64,000 nt of DNA. Origin: a virus. The position numbers were made by a program, and so were the translations under genes. Every line of letters starts with the position of its first letter. The stretch's first letter is position 1. Shown one piece after another: positions 33,214 through 43,857 of this stretch. The stretch spans positions 1-64,000 of the IMG/VR virus record IMGVR_UViG_3300041809_000801. One strand, given 5' to 3'. The notes under the pieces are model-generated. The model ran no database searches, was not told where the DNA came from, and worked only from the letters and a program-made list of their open reading frames with translations.

Positions 33214-35556
33214 CTACCCTCCTGTTGACCTATTACTGGCTGCTTCGCAAATTTCGCAAATTTCATGAATCTGGTCACCAGATTGTTGCAACAGCTTCAG
33301 TACACCGGAGTGATAGTCGCCGGGGCTTGACTGTGTGTCCCGTTGCAAGTCGTCCCATGTGAACCATGCGATGGCGTCCGTTTCATCCGTGAATTGAAGA
33401 TTACTTGAACCGCCCTGCATGGGGTTGAGACTAAACTCTGACGGCACAAGCCCAAGAAAATTATGGTACTTGAACTTACCATGGGTGAACACAAAGGCTG
33501 GAATGAGGCGAATACTCCCGTGGTACCCTACTTCCTCTTTCAACTCTTCTTGAGCACTCTCCGCAGGAGACATCCCAGCTTGAATGGCTCCGCCGACAGT
33601 CCCCCAGCAGTCGCCCTCGTCCACGTAGCTGCTCCGCCACGCGAGACAGATGCGTCCCGTGGTAGTGCAGATGGGAAGAATGCCCGAGGCTCCCCCACCG
33701 GCTCCAGCCCAGTACCCATTCTCATCAATGTGGTCTGCTTTCTTCTTAGCGGCTGATGATTCTCGTTTAACACAAGCAGCATCCTGCCTAGAGATAAATA
33801 TTTCTTGCCCAGTTGCACGTCTAAACAAATCTCCATCATCTTCACTGCTTAACCATTTCAGCTTTTCACCAATCCTCAACATTTGTTGCCATTGTCGTTT
33901 CGGGAGGGGTTGAACCACCACATAAATTCCCCCACGTGACTGATTACTGGACTCCTTGATGCCGAGCGACTTCATGAAGTCCTTATCGTAATCTGTCTTA
34001 GTTGTATCCTGCTTTGCGGGGTTGGCATATCGCAGAGCCTCGATGAGAGTTTGACGGGTCGGGATTTTCTCCCAGTCTCGAACCACATTGCCTTCCGAGT
34101 CAGTTGCTCGGCCCTGACGTGGAAAGAACGGGTCAACTTTGAGCACCGCTTGCCAGAGAGTTAACATACCCTCTCCACGAATAATGACAGAACACGCATC
34201 ATTCCAAGTTTTTTTATTTGGAGTTCTGAGGACACGTTCCAGCTTTTTACGCATGTCAGGTTTCAGCTTTCCCCATACGTTAGTTAGCGGATCAATGTAT
34301 TGGGCTGGGTCGAACTTTCCCTCGTCTTCCTTCCGTTTACGCAGAATGGCTTGCCATGATTCACGAGATACGCCGGGTGGGCGCTTGGTATAGTCATCGT
34401 AGTAGCCAGAAGTTTTTTCCTGTCCCTCTAATGCTTCGTGTGTCTCTTCCACACCTTCCTCAAGCTGTTCGTTCTTTTCATCATCTGGCTTGAGGTCAGC
34501 AACCGGGTTGGTTTCCGTCTCTGTTCCTTCGATGACCTCGGTGCCACGTTCGTCTACAGCTTCGCTGTCATCTGAAGACTCAGGTACCGCATCCTTAGGA
34601 AGCATTGTCCAATTGGTGTAAACGGTCGGCACTGGGTAGTTCTCATCCTTTAGTTGCCCGACCGTATGAAAATCCGTGAATGCAACACAACGACCATCCG
34701 GGAATTTTACAATGTACTCATCCTGTTCACTGGAATAGAGAGCCATGTCATCGCTGATGGTAGCGACCGGGGTGTACTTCTCATCCCCCACTAAAATACT
34801 TTTCGGGACGCCCTCGGCGTTGGTTGTCTTCATCTCAATGTCGTTATCAAACTTGATCGTTGGAGTGAACTCAACTTTCGATGAACCCTTTTTATAGACG
34901 GTGTTGAGCAATTGATTTTTGAAGTTCGGGCCGATGGGAATCGTGCCACGCGGCTTGCCGAACGAATCATACACAATGACGTACATTGGAGAGGGCTGCG
35001 ACTTTATACTGCGATTGCGAAACTGCTTAATGACCGAACGCGCATCCTGCACTGTAGTCTTCGAAGGCTTCTCGTAGGTCAATTCAAGATGACGATGAAC
35101 GGGTGGACGCTTGATATTCTTCCCTGCGGCGGTTACCACCTTGTCATACGTTTCATTGATGAAATCCATGGGGAGTTTGAACGTGCCCTCAAAGGTTTTC
35201 ACTGTTGGGTCTTTGCTGATAGCCGACTGAGACTTGTTGGTGTCAGCTTCGCCGGTCATTCCCTTGAAACAAGTCAAGACAGCAGCATAGATGTTCACGA
35301 TAATTTTCTCTTCGTACCCGAGAGAAATCATAAACGCCGACATCTCATCCAGCAGCACGTGAACCGCCTCAGCGACGAGTTCGCTCATAGTCGAAGGCTT
35401 GTCTTCAACAAGCGGAAACTTGAGAGAAAACACAGTAAAATTGGGAATTCCGAGGTCTAAAGAGATGGTCGCATAGGGGCGTGAATCTCGAATAACCGAG
35501 ATGTCAAGAGACCCATTCGCTGGGCTAAGGTACGCTTGCTTTGTTGTATCATTCAT
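33214..35556 (-). CDS. Large modular protein with C-terminal Nudix hydrolase
   Basis: 780 aa; WGTVGGAIQAGMSPAESAQEELKEEVG Nudix box. Confidence 0.7.
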   Translation of the reverse strand: MNDTTKQAYLSPANGSLDISVIRDSRPYATISLDLGIPNFTVFSLKFPLVEDKPSTMSELVAEAVHVLLDEMSAFMISLGYEEKIIVNIYAAVLTCFKGMTGEADTNKSQSAISKDPTVKTFEGTFKLPMDFINETYDKVVTAAGKNIKRPPVHRHLELTYEKPSKTTVQDARSVIKQFRNRSIKSQPSPMYVIVYDSFGKPRGTIPIGPNFKNQLLNTVYKKGSSKVEFTPTIKFDNDIEMKTTNAEGVPKSILVGDEKYTPVATISDDMALYSSEQDEYIVKFPDGRCVAFTDFHTVGQLKDENYPVPTVYTNWTMLPKDAVPESSDDSEAVDERGTEVIEGTETETNPVADLKPDDEKNEQLEEGVEETHEALEGQEKTSGYYDDYTKRPPGVSRESWQAILRKRKEDEGKFDPAQYIDPLTNVWGKLKPDMRKKLERVLRTPNKKTWNDACSVIIRGEGMLTLWQAVLKVDPFFPRQGRATDSEGNVVRDWEKIPTRQTLIEALRYANPAKQDTTKTDYDKDFMKSLGIKESSNQSRGGIYVVVQPLPKRQWQQMLRIGEKLKWLSSEDDGDLFRRATGQEIFISRQDAACVKRESSAAKKKADHIDENGYWAGAGGGASGILPICTTTGRICLAWRSSYVDEGDCWGTVGGAIQAGMSPAESAQEELKEEVGYHGSIRLIPAFVFTHGKFKYHNFLGLVPSEFSLNPMQGGSSNLQFTDETDAIAWFTWDDLQRDTQSSPGDYHSGVLKLLQQSGDQIHEICEICEAASNRSTGG

Positions 35557-35559
35557 CTA

Positions 35560-38208
35560 TTATTCCATCTCATAGCTGTTGAACATGTCGTTGCCACCAA
35601 TCTCCCAAACGAGGTCCGTTCTCGGAGCGAGTAGACCCATCTGGTGGTTTACATCCCAGTTCGCTACCTCTCCCGTTGGAGTGTTAGCGTTACCTACCAC
35701 CTGAATCCATTTGGCCGGATTGTTGATGTAATTGGAACCAAGGAACTGCCACAAGACTGTCCCATCATAAGTCGGCACGTCGTTGGTTGTACTGAAAGCG
35801 ATGCGAACGATGGCGCTTCCCTCGGAGTTGGTTCCCGAGCTATAATCCGCGTGAACAAACGGCATCGAGATAGAATTCACTGGAGGACTAAGCGCCGTGC
35901 CAACCGCAACAACGGGCAATGTGAGGTTGTTCAAGAATGTGGAGAAGGCGAAGTTCAGAAGAGTCACACTGCTAACCCCGGCGACGAGTCCCATCTGTGC
36001 CAAAGTGCTTGCCACATTCACAGTAAGTACATTGTTCGAAATCGTGACTGCCGAGGGGGATGTCAACACACTTACTACTGGAGCGGTCGTTCCTCCGATG
36101 ACAGCAAGTTCCAAGTTACCGTTGTTGTCAATAGCGTATTGCCCCGTGTAGAACGAGAGTCCCGGAGTCCACTGCTGTAAGTTGCTGGCTATGTACTGCC
36201 CATTCGTGGCTAGATAGTATGCTTGATACACAGAAGGGGCGAACTGTCCACCAACACCAGCCAGAGGAATCCAGTAGGTTGGACTGGTCAGCGGGTTTTG
36301 AACCCCACCAGCGGACCCAATTCCATTTTTCTTCAACGCTCGATACAACTGCCAGCCACCCGGCGTCCATACCCCTAAGCTAAAGCTGCCGGGGGTTGAT
36401 GCACTCACGGCACGCACTAAAGTGCCCTTGGAATAGGTGCCTAAATCGTTCCACACCTGAGGGGTGTTTTGCAGCGCCAGCCAATTTGCCGAACTCAACG
36501 GCGAAAGAAGCATACGACCATACGCAGCTAGTGTAGTAGTCGGGTTGTTCACATCGAAGATAGGAGCCTGATACAGCATTGGGTCGAACGGCGGCTCCTC
36601 GTACTGCTGAATGATGATGCGAAGAGTGTCATTGATTCCCGTGCCAACGCAGTTCAAATCTTGATAGTAACCCTGATAGTGCGGCTTTTGAGACGCGGTA
36701 AGAGCAGCGTATGCGGCGATTGTAATTTGTGGTGTGCCAATGTTGACCCATGTCACTTGACCGTCTGTGGTCACACCCTGAAGACTCGCGTTCCAAACAG
36801 GCTGGGTCACCCCTGATACTCCGCCTGTTACAGCGAGTTGGATGTTTCCATTGGTGTCCTGAATGGTGGTGCCCACCACATAGTTGGTGGATGTAATCCA
36901 AGCAATCTCGGGCGAACCTATGTTTTCCCATTCTGCCAGATTGTCAGGAGTCACCGCATCGAGTATGGTCGTCCAATCCGGTTCCACTGCTCCTGAGACT
37001 CCGGCAGTGATTACTCTCTGGAGATACCCATTCGAGTCCTGAATAATGGTTCCCAAGGCGTAAGATGTGTTCGCTGCCCATGAAATCGGGGCTGCAACGT
37101 ACGCGATAAGAACATAGTAAACTTGTTGACTACTGGGCAGCGTATTCAACTGTGCCTGTGTCAAATATTGGGGACTGATGAAACAATCAATGTTCTCATC
37201 AGAACCAAACACCGTAGTGAATTCCAATCCAACGTGAGCCGGTTTTGAGAGGTCGATAGCCCCATACAGGGAGTTGGTAATCTGTTGCAACTCTTGGAGA
37301 CTCTCAATGTCAACCAGTGGGTCGTCACCGCCAACATTGACGCTGACCTTTACTGCGTTACGGTCGCTCTGGTCATAGAAGCCTTCAGATATTAGCTTGT
37401 AGAGTTCTTCTACAACGATGTTCTTCCCGGTGTAAGCATAGATGACATCCTGAATGGACTTAGGTGTAGCTCCTTCCTGATAAGCCGCCAGAAGGTCTAC
37501 AAGCATATCACGATACCCAATCGGATAGGCGAGAGTGGCCGGAGCCGCTCCGGCATTTGTCCAAATCACAGAACCATCAATGGTCGTCGCTCCGGTTGTA
37601 AGAGCCCACGAAGGTTCCACACTCCCCGTTTGACCGGCTGTGGTTGCTATCTGGACGTTTCCATTACTGTCCAGAATCGCCGTGCGGAGAATCATTCCGG
37701 TGTCTGCTGCCCACTGTCCAAATGAAGCGCCAAAATCCCCCGAATCAAACTGAGACAACTGTTGAAAGTTGCCTGTAACAAAAAGAGGATTGGCATACTC
37801 ACGCTTGATGTCTGGAGGCGTAAGATATTGGGGATTTTTTGCAACGACATCGTATGAGTACATGTACTCAATGCGTGCCAATTCGATAGCCACGGCACGC
37901 AAGAATGAACCCCAAATGCTCTGGTCATTACGCATGGTATAGTAGTTCGCCATGGCGTTAATGAGGGATTGATACCGAGCGTCTTCGTACTGAAGCAAAT
38001 CTTCACGGGAGCGAAGATAGTATTGGTCTTCCTGCGTTACGATAGGCATCGGTACCCATACTGTCAAATTCTGGCTGGGCTCCTGATTCAAAGAGCCCAA
38101 GGAATCCACGCAAATATAGGTGACCTTGCTGTAGGTCACTGCATCGAGGTAATTGTACTGTATCGTGGAGGACCAAGTTCCCCGCGAATTGTAAAGTGGC
38201 GAGGCCAT
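35560..38208 (-). CDS. Baseplate wedge/tail protein with repeated W-x6-G..I.DSNG..Q....G.SG..P.W modules
   Basis: 882 aa; GATPKSI..., IDLSKPAHV (KPAH motif of baseplate wedge proteins); 4 internal repeats. Confidence 0.65.
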   Translation of the reverse strand: MASPLYNSRGTWSSTIQYNYLDAVTYSKVTYICVDSLGSLNQEPSQNLTVWVPMPIVTQEDQYYLRSREDLLQYEDARYQSLINAMANYYTMRNDQSIWGSFLRAVAIELARIEYMYSYDVVAKNPQYLTPPDIKREYANPLFVTGNFQQLSQFDSGDFGASFGQWAADTGMILRTAILDSNGNVQIATTAGQTGSVEPSWALTTGATTIDGSVIWTNAGAAPATLAYPIGYRDMLVDLLAAYQEGATPKSIQDVIYAYTGKNIVVEELYKLISEGFYDQSDRNAVKVSVNVGGDDPLVDIESLQELQQITNSLYGAIDLSKPAHVGLEFTTVFGSDENIDCFISPQYLTQAQLNTLPSSQQVYYVLIAYVAAPISWAANTSYALGTIIQDSNGYLQRVITAGVSGAVEPDWTTILDAVTPDNLAEWENIGSPEIAWITSTNYVVGTTIQDTNGNIQLAVTGGVSGVTQPVWNASLQGVTTDGQVTWVNIGTPQITIAAYAALTASQKPHYQGYYQDLNCVGTGINDTLRIIIQQYEEPPFDPMLYQAPIFDVNNPTTTLAAYGRMLLSPLSSANWLALQNTPQVWNDLGTYSKGTLVRAVSASTPGSFSLGVWTPGGWQLYRALKKNGIGSAGGVQNPLTSPTYWIPLAGVGGQFAPSVYQAYYLATNGQYIASNLQQWTPGLSFYTGQYAIDNNGNLELAVIGGTTAPVVSVLTSPSAVTISNNVLTVNVASTLAQMGLVAGVSSVTLLNFAFSTFLNNLTLPVVAVGTALSPPVNSISMPFVHADYSSGTNSEGSAIVRIAFSTTNDVPTYDGTVLWQFLGSNYINNPAKWIQVVGNANTPTGEVANWDVNHQMGLLAPRTDLVWEIGGNDMFNSYEME

Positions 38209-38210
38209 CC

Positions 38211-41200
38211 TTAGCTCCCTGTTGTCACGTAGTTAATCGTAATGCGTCCGGGCACAAGATACTCTGTCGAAGACATAGTAATGTCGCTTGCCCCGCCCTC
38301 TCCATATACCTGATACGTGACAAAGAAGGAAAGAAGGGAAGGATTCGTCAAAGTTTGTGGCAATGTGATGATGACCTTCTGGTTGTACGCGGAACTCAAA
38401 GCCGTTGTTGTATTGATTTGGTCATTGGTTCCAATGATGTAAAAATAGCCATTACCAGACACAGTTGCCGGAGCGGTTGCGGTAGTCAAAAATTGCTGAA
38501 CCGAACTGGTGCGGGTGTAAGCCTGACCCTGATATAGGAACCCAACAAACGCATCTGCTTGACCGCCTGAAGGAAGCGTACTGTCAGGAAGGACTGGGCT
38601 CTGCGTTATGAAGCTGTGCGCCGGGGTCGCAACTCCAGCAAAAGCTGGGTCAGAGGACAGAGGAATCCACGTAGTCGCGGTCGGAATGACCACTCCAATA
38701 TCGTAGGAACCATCACTCTTAGCACACTTAACCAGCGGAAGGTTGACTGTTTGCACTCCGGTGACCCCCATGACTTGTTGAACAAGTTCCGATTGATACA
38801 AAGTGCCACTGGCATTATCGAGAACAAGGTCTATGGTGCTGCGAATAATTGGGTCAACCACATCCGCTGAGGCGTTTGATTGCAAAGTCACAGTCATGGT
38901 GATGTCAACCGGATTGGCAATCATCGCCTTCACAAGGACATCAGCCGCAGCGTGCTTAAACGTATCAATTTGGTTAGCAAGAACCTCTACGAAAGCGGGG
39001 TACTCGGTGGCAAATGTGAATGCCTCAGTAATGAAATAGGACACGCTCACCGCTGCCCCATCCGGGATACGGGTGGTTCCAATATTCGCCGCCGAGCGTG
39101 CGATTGCTGCTGTGCCTGAAACTGAATCCACCGTGAGAACGAAATCCTGATTCTCCACCATCACGGTGCCGTTGTAAGTAACCTTGATGTAGCGATTGTC
39201 GTGTGGAATCAACGCCCCCACCAACCCAGTGGAGGCCGAAAGATTGACCGTTCCATCAGGGTTCAACGAGGCACCATCCAACGTGAGCGTTGTGTTTCCA
39301 TAGCTTTCAGGGAGCCACGTGTTATGTACGAATCCTTGATTGTCAAGAGTGGAGTATGTTGTACCTGAGAGGGTCTGAGATTCGTTCGATACGAACGTCA
39401 AATTTTCAGCTACCTCAAACTCATTGTAGGTCACTAGAAGCTGCTGATTATTTTGAATGCTGCTTCCCGTAACTGTGCCTGTAGTGGGGATAACAGCAGT
39501 GTTCAGGGATGACGTGAAGGTCACCGTAAAGGACGTTCCATTTGAAGAAGAAACAGTCAGGACTGTACCAGAAGGGAACTGAGTTGCGAGTTGTGGGTTC
39601 GTCAAATTATTGACAGTAATCTGAGCCCCGATGCCAAACAGGTTATTGCAGGTAAAAATTGCCTGACTGGTAGCGCCCAAAATCTGAATTGCCGTAACCG
39701 GATAAGTCACTGTCAACGGCTGAATGCCATAGGTGTGATACGGTCCTGTCGAAACGATAGTGTAATCTGCACCGAATCCATATAAAGTAGATTGGTCAGT
39801 GGAGCGCACCGATACCACATTACCAAGAACCCCGTTAATACCTACCGTCAAACTCATAGCCGAGGCGATTGTCACAGGAGTGCCAGTGATGGCTGTAACT
39901 GTTGTTGTGACCGGGGCAGTTGTCGTGGTGGAAACATCAACCATGTCTCCGGCTTGGTTGGAACCGCCATTCAACAAGAAGTCAGAAGTATGAATGAGGT
40001 CTATGAGGTTTGTAGCCACCGTTCCCGTTTGATTTTCCTGACCTATGACAGAATTCACCGAAATGACTGGCTGAAAAGCGGGGGTATCAGTAAGAGGAGA
40101 CTGGTATCGAGCCAACAACTGATACGTTGTGCTCCCCGACTGAGTGGACAAGCTGGCGATTGCCGCCTTGTTAGTCGCCGGGACGCCGTTGAGCACTAAG
40201 GGAACAGAAATTTGAGAAAGCGAATCGCCAACAATCTGATAAGCCAAGTCAGTTGGGCTCAAAATGATATACCCAGCGACGTTATCAAACTGAGAATTCT
40301 CCAAACCAAGATAGAAGCTGCCGTTAGAGCCAGTGACAAGAAGCTGCACAGCTTGATACAACGGGTATGAGAGCGATGAGTTCGGAATTTGAGCGTTCAG
40401 CGTGTTTCTATTGAATGCGTTAAGCGTGATGTAGGTCGAGGGTGTTCCAAAAGTGCCTGTATTTTGGTATTGAAAAGCGATGACCTCATCCTGCTCAGAG
40501 AAACTAACACCCTTTGTGTAGATGTCCACACAACCATATACATGTTTCTGACGGATTGGGTCCCAATCGCGGAGCATCTCAGTGTCCCCGGCAGCTACCA
40601 CAATCGCGTCAACAATTCCGGGCGTAGCCAGAGCCGTGGTGCGGTATCCGTTGCGAGTACCGGAGTCAACCCCTGTATCAAGTCGAATGAGGATACGAGC
40701 AGCGAAACTGGAATTGATTTCGTCATCTTGTCCAAAAGCGGCGGCTGTCAAATTGGTGCAATACCATCCAGAGGGGGCTCCAGTGCCGATATTGTTGATA
40801 GTCCCCGCCCCCACGTTCGTATTACTGCCTGTGGATTGACACGAAGCTGGAACACTAACTGCCCACCACCCATTAACCGGGTCGTAGTAAGTGTTGATAG
40901 AGTTGGCTGCGATACTAGCCGAGCCTGTTGTCACAAAATTCAAGGCTGGGGTTTCTGCGTCAGCAACCGTTGAGACAACAAGGCCGATAGGGAAGGTTAC
41001 CGAAGAAGTAGGCTTAACATACGTGTAGAAAGTGATGTTGACAACAGAACTAGTCGCTCCCTTACGAGTCAACCCAGCCCGTTCGCCCAGCACATCGAAC
41101 TGGTTGTCGATGAATGTTTGAGTGTCAGCGGAGTTTAACCCATACGCACGCGAAATCTGTTGCTTTATTGGAGAAGAATTGAATGGATCACTGATGCCGT

Positions 41201-42395
41201 TCCCACTCGTATTATCTATCTGTGCAAGCCCCGATACTGATTGACTCACACGAGAGAACCATTCGCGTACGCTCATGTTCGAGAGTTCAATCGAAACCGG
41301 ATCAATCATAAGGTCGCGGAGTTCGGAACGCGGTGACAGGTCGAGATTCGGATAGTTGCGGTTGACCTGCGTAATCATCCGACCTGCGATGTCTTCTTTA
41401 CGCTGAAGGGCAAGAAAATCCGTAAGCTGTACAAGCTTGAGATTTACATAGCCGCATGTAATCGGACCGTTCTGTTGTGATTCGAAAATAGCCTGAGTGT
41501 TGGGGTCTTGAATCACCGTGGAGAGCATCGCATAGAATATGTCCGCCCCAGCCACATCTGACTGTGGGACATCCACGTAGTTGTAGTTGTTCTGTTGAAC
41601 CGTGTTGATAGTCGTCACAGTTTGAGTTCCACCAAGCCCGTCGTAAGAAGTGGCAGACTGAGTAGACAGTACAGAAGTATCCGACCGGCTCAATTGTGAT
41701 GGCGGAACAACGTCTCCATATTGAACATAGGTGGGGTTGATGCCATCCGAGTCAGTGCTCAACAAAACACGGGTACCAACGGTTCCGGGGTATGTTGGTT
41801 CTAGCCATTCAATACGACAGATGTTTTGTGCCATGTAGGAGCGCACCGCAGAGGGAGGACCGATAACAATCCCGGAACCACTCACGTAAGGAATGAGGAT
41901 GAACTTCAATGTAGGAGTGACAGCAATGTAGCCGAGATTCTCCCACACCACCCCATTGTCCGTTGTAGAAGCACCAACGGTTGTATTGAAGTTTGGAATG
42001 ATTAGACCCGAGGTTCCGGCTGTAGTCACAAGCTGAACATATCCGTTGGGGTCAACCAGCCGAAAGTTGAGAATGTACGCTGTGCTTGCTGCCCATGAAG
42101 CGGCGAGTGGGTCGTAGTTGCGACCAAGAATTTGAACGGTAAGGTCACCCTGCGTGGGATCAATCGTTATAGTTCCACCGAACTGGTTTTGCCCATTGAC
42201 CAGAAGAGGGTCTTTGTTGTAGGTGATTTCATTGTACGCAAGAACCTCAATCTGGCTCGTATTTGCATCGGCGTAGATGATGTAAGGAAGGGCTGTCGTA
42301 TCAACAGAGATAGAACTCGTCTGTCCCTGCGTGATTGTGGGCAGAATTGGAGTCACCGATATGAGAGCCGTCAATGAAACATCTGGTGTGGGCAT
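38211..42395 (-). CDS. Baseplate J-like protein
   Basis: 1394 aa; GLTRKGA, GSNTNVGAGTI, FGQDDE....ARI, SGTRNGY...ALATPGI, GCVDIY. Confidence 0.75.
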   Translation of the reverse strand: MPTPDVSLTALISVTPILPTITQGQTSSISVDTTALPYIIYADANTSQIEVLAYNEITYNKDPLLVNGQNQFGGTITIDPTQGDLTVQILGRNYDPLAASWAASTAYILNFRLVDPNGYVQLVTTAGTSGLIIPNFNTTVGASTTDNGVVWENLGYIAVTPTLKFILIPYVSGSGIVIGPPSAVRSYMAQNICRIEWLEPTYPGTVGTRVLLSTDSDGINPTYVQYGDVVPPSQLSRSDTSVLSTQSATSYDGLGGTQTVTTINTVQQNNYNYVDVPQSDVAGADIFYAMLSTVIQDPNTQAIFESQQNGPITCGYVNLKLVQLTDFLALQRKEDIAGRMITQVNRNYPNLDLSPRSELRDLMIDPVSIELSNMSVREWFSRVSQSVSGLAQIDNTSGNGISDPFNSSPIKQQISRAYGLNSADTQTFIDNQFDVLGERAGLTRKGATSSVVNITFYTYVKPTSSVTFPIGLVVSTVADAETPALNFVTTGSASIAANSINTYYDPVNGWWAVSVPASCQSTGSNTNVGAGTINNIGTGAPSGWYCTNLTAAAFGQDDEINSSFAARILIRLDTGVDSGTRNGYRTTALATPGIVDAIVVAAGDTEMLRDWDPIRQKHVYGCVDIYTKGVSFSEQDEVIAFQYQNTGTFGTPSTYITLNAFNRNTLNAQIPNSSLSYPLYQAVQLLVTGSNGSFYLGLENSQFDNVAGYIILSPTDLAYQIVGDSLSQISVPLVLNGVPATNKAAIASLSTQSGSTTYQLLARYQSPLTDTPAFQPVISVNSVIGQENQTGTVATNLIDLIHTSDFLLNGGSNQAGDMVDVSTTTTAPVTTTVTAITGTPVTIASAMSLTVGINGVLGNVVSVRSTDQSTLYGFGADYTIVSTGPYHTYGIQPLTVTYPVTAIQILGATSQAIFTCNNLFGIGAQITVNNLTNPQLATQFPSGTVLTVSSSNGTSFTVTFTSSLNTAVIPTTGTVTGSSIQNNQQLLVTYNEFEVAENLTFVSNESQTLSGTTYSTLDNQGFVHNTWLPESYGNTTLTLDGASLNPDGTVNLSASTGLVGALIPHDNRYIKVTYNGTVMVENQDFVLTVDSVSGTAAIARSAANIGTTRIPDGAAVSVSYFITEAFTFATEYPAFVEVLANQIDTFKHAAADVLVKAMIANPVDITMTVTLQSNASADVVDPIIRSTIDLVLDNASGTLYQSELVQQVMGVTGVQTVNLPLVKCAKSDGSYDIGVVIPTATTWIPLSSDPAFAGVATPAHSFITQSPVLPDSTLPSGGQADAFVGFLYQGQAYTRTSSVQQFLTTATAPATVSGNGYFYIIGTNDQINTTTALSSAYNQKVIITLPQTLTNPSLLSFFVTYQVYGEGGASDITMSSTEYLVPGRITINYVTTGS

Positions 42396-43168
42396 TATTG
42401 ATTACCTACTAACTGGGATGACGTGGTTAATGAAAAACTGACCGGGGTTGCATTGGGAGTGCCATAGGATGTAATGTCCGCCGAAACAGCAATGGAGTTC
42501 GGGTCGATTGTGTTCGTCTGCAAGTTCTGTATGTCTTTCAGCATCTCCTGTGGGTCGAGAGACTGCACTGTTCTTTGGGCCGATTGGATGCTCTTCAAGT
42601 TCTGAAGAGCGGTCAAAATCTGGTTCGAAACATCGGCATCTGTAATCGTCACTCCCCATTTCTTTCCGACATACGTCTTAATCGGACAAGTGAACTGCGG
42701 GTAAAACTGACATTGGGAGGTCAGCACCATCTTCAGCACTCGCTGAACCATTTTGTCGGTGCCAACGATGTGAATAACTGAACCATTGCTGGCTGGTTTA
42801 ATGTCGTTCAACTGCCCCGCCGTACCACACTTCAAGCAAAAGTTTTTGATGGTGGTGTAGGAGACTTCAATGAGCGGCACATACCAACGAACCGGCTTCC
42901 TGAACATGATTTTGTAAAACTGGTCAGAAGTTGTAACTCGGTTAATGTCCGGGGTCACAGTGTACCCATACGTCGGGTCATCCGCCTGAACCAACTGACC
43001 TCCAATGTAAACCTGCACCTGACTAGCCCCATTGATAGGCGCACGCATGTTCAATGCCACGTTGCTGGCAAGATGGAAAGTCATAAAGTCCTGCCAGTCA
43101 ATGACATACCTTTCAAATGACTGCTGATGGTTACATGGAGCTAACCGAATATTGAAGTCATAACTCAT
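42395..43168 (-). CDS. Putative baseplate wedge subunit (gp25-like C-terminus)
   Basis: KMVQRVLKMVLT...FYPQF.C.I; position next to baseplate J-like gene. Confidence 0.55.
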   Translation of the reverse strand: MSYDFNIRLAPCNHQQSFERYVIDWQDFMTFHLASNVALNMRAPINGASQVQVYIGGQLVQADDPTYGYTVTPDINRVTTSDQFYKIMFRKPVRWYVPLIEVSYTTIKNFCLKCGTAGQLNDIKPASNGSVIHIVGTDKMVQRVLKMVLTSQCQFYPQFTCPIKTYVGKKWGVTITDADVSNQILTALQNLKSIQSAQRTVQSLDPQEMLKDIQNLQTNTIDPNSIAVSADITSYGTPNATPVSFSLTTSSQLVGNQ

Positions 43169-43857
43169 TAAGTTTCGACGGCTCCTTGTTCCTTGATAGA
43201 AATTGGCAGTCCCAATGATGGGTCAGAGTGGTTCATCTGCTCCAACTCCCAAATGGTTGGAGTGTCGGCCTGATTGACGCGGAAGTACGGCTGACCCTTA
43301 TACAGGCTGTTAATGTCGTCTACTAGAACAGCCACGTACTCAGGTTTCGAGAAATAACTGTTGATTTTTGTCAAGAGCGGTTGAAGCGTGTCAGGAATAC
43401 CATTCGCGGTGCTAGTGGCTGGCTGGATGAAATCGTGAGCATACTGGGCCCTGTCTTCACTTTTTTCAATCAAACAGCGAATTTGGTTCATGTGAAAAAC
43501 AGCCTCTTCATCTCGTTGAAGCATGTCTTTGAACTGAGTCTTAATTTTGCTCATCAACACCATGGGCAATTGGTCATTATCATAGGGGTAAGCGAAATGC
43601 CCATACTGCCCCGGCTTCCATAGGGTCTTAGAGAACGTTGGAGCAAGCGGCTGGTCGTTGACGGTGCTGTAATATTTTTCCAACACTCCCGCCGTTTTGC
43701 GAAGTTGCTGTGCTCGAATCTGATGAAACTGAGAGATGGGAGTGAGGTTATTTTGACGAGCGGAGACCCATGCTTGGAAGGCATTCCACTGGCTGGCCGA
43801 AAAATGCCCCAAGAAATGAAATGGAGGATGTGCGTAAGCGTATTGAAATGCCATCAA
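43168..43857 (-). CDS. Hypothetical structural-operon protein
   Basis: 229 aa, translationally coupled. Confidence 0.6.
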   Translation of the reverse strand: MMAFQYAYAHPPFHFLGHFSASQWNAFQAWVSARQNNLTPISQFHQIRAQQLRKTAGVLEKYYSTVNDQPLAPTFSKTLWKPGQYGHFAYPYDNDQLPMVLMSKIKTQFKDMLQRDEEAVFHMNQIRCLIEKSEDRAQYAHDFIQPATSTANGIPDTLQPLLTKINSYFSKPEYVAVLVDDINSLYKGQPYFRVNQADTPTIWELEQMNHSDPSLGLPISIKEQGAVET

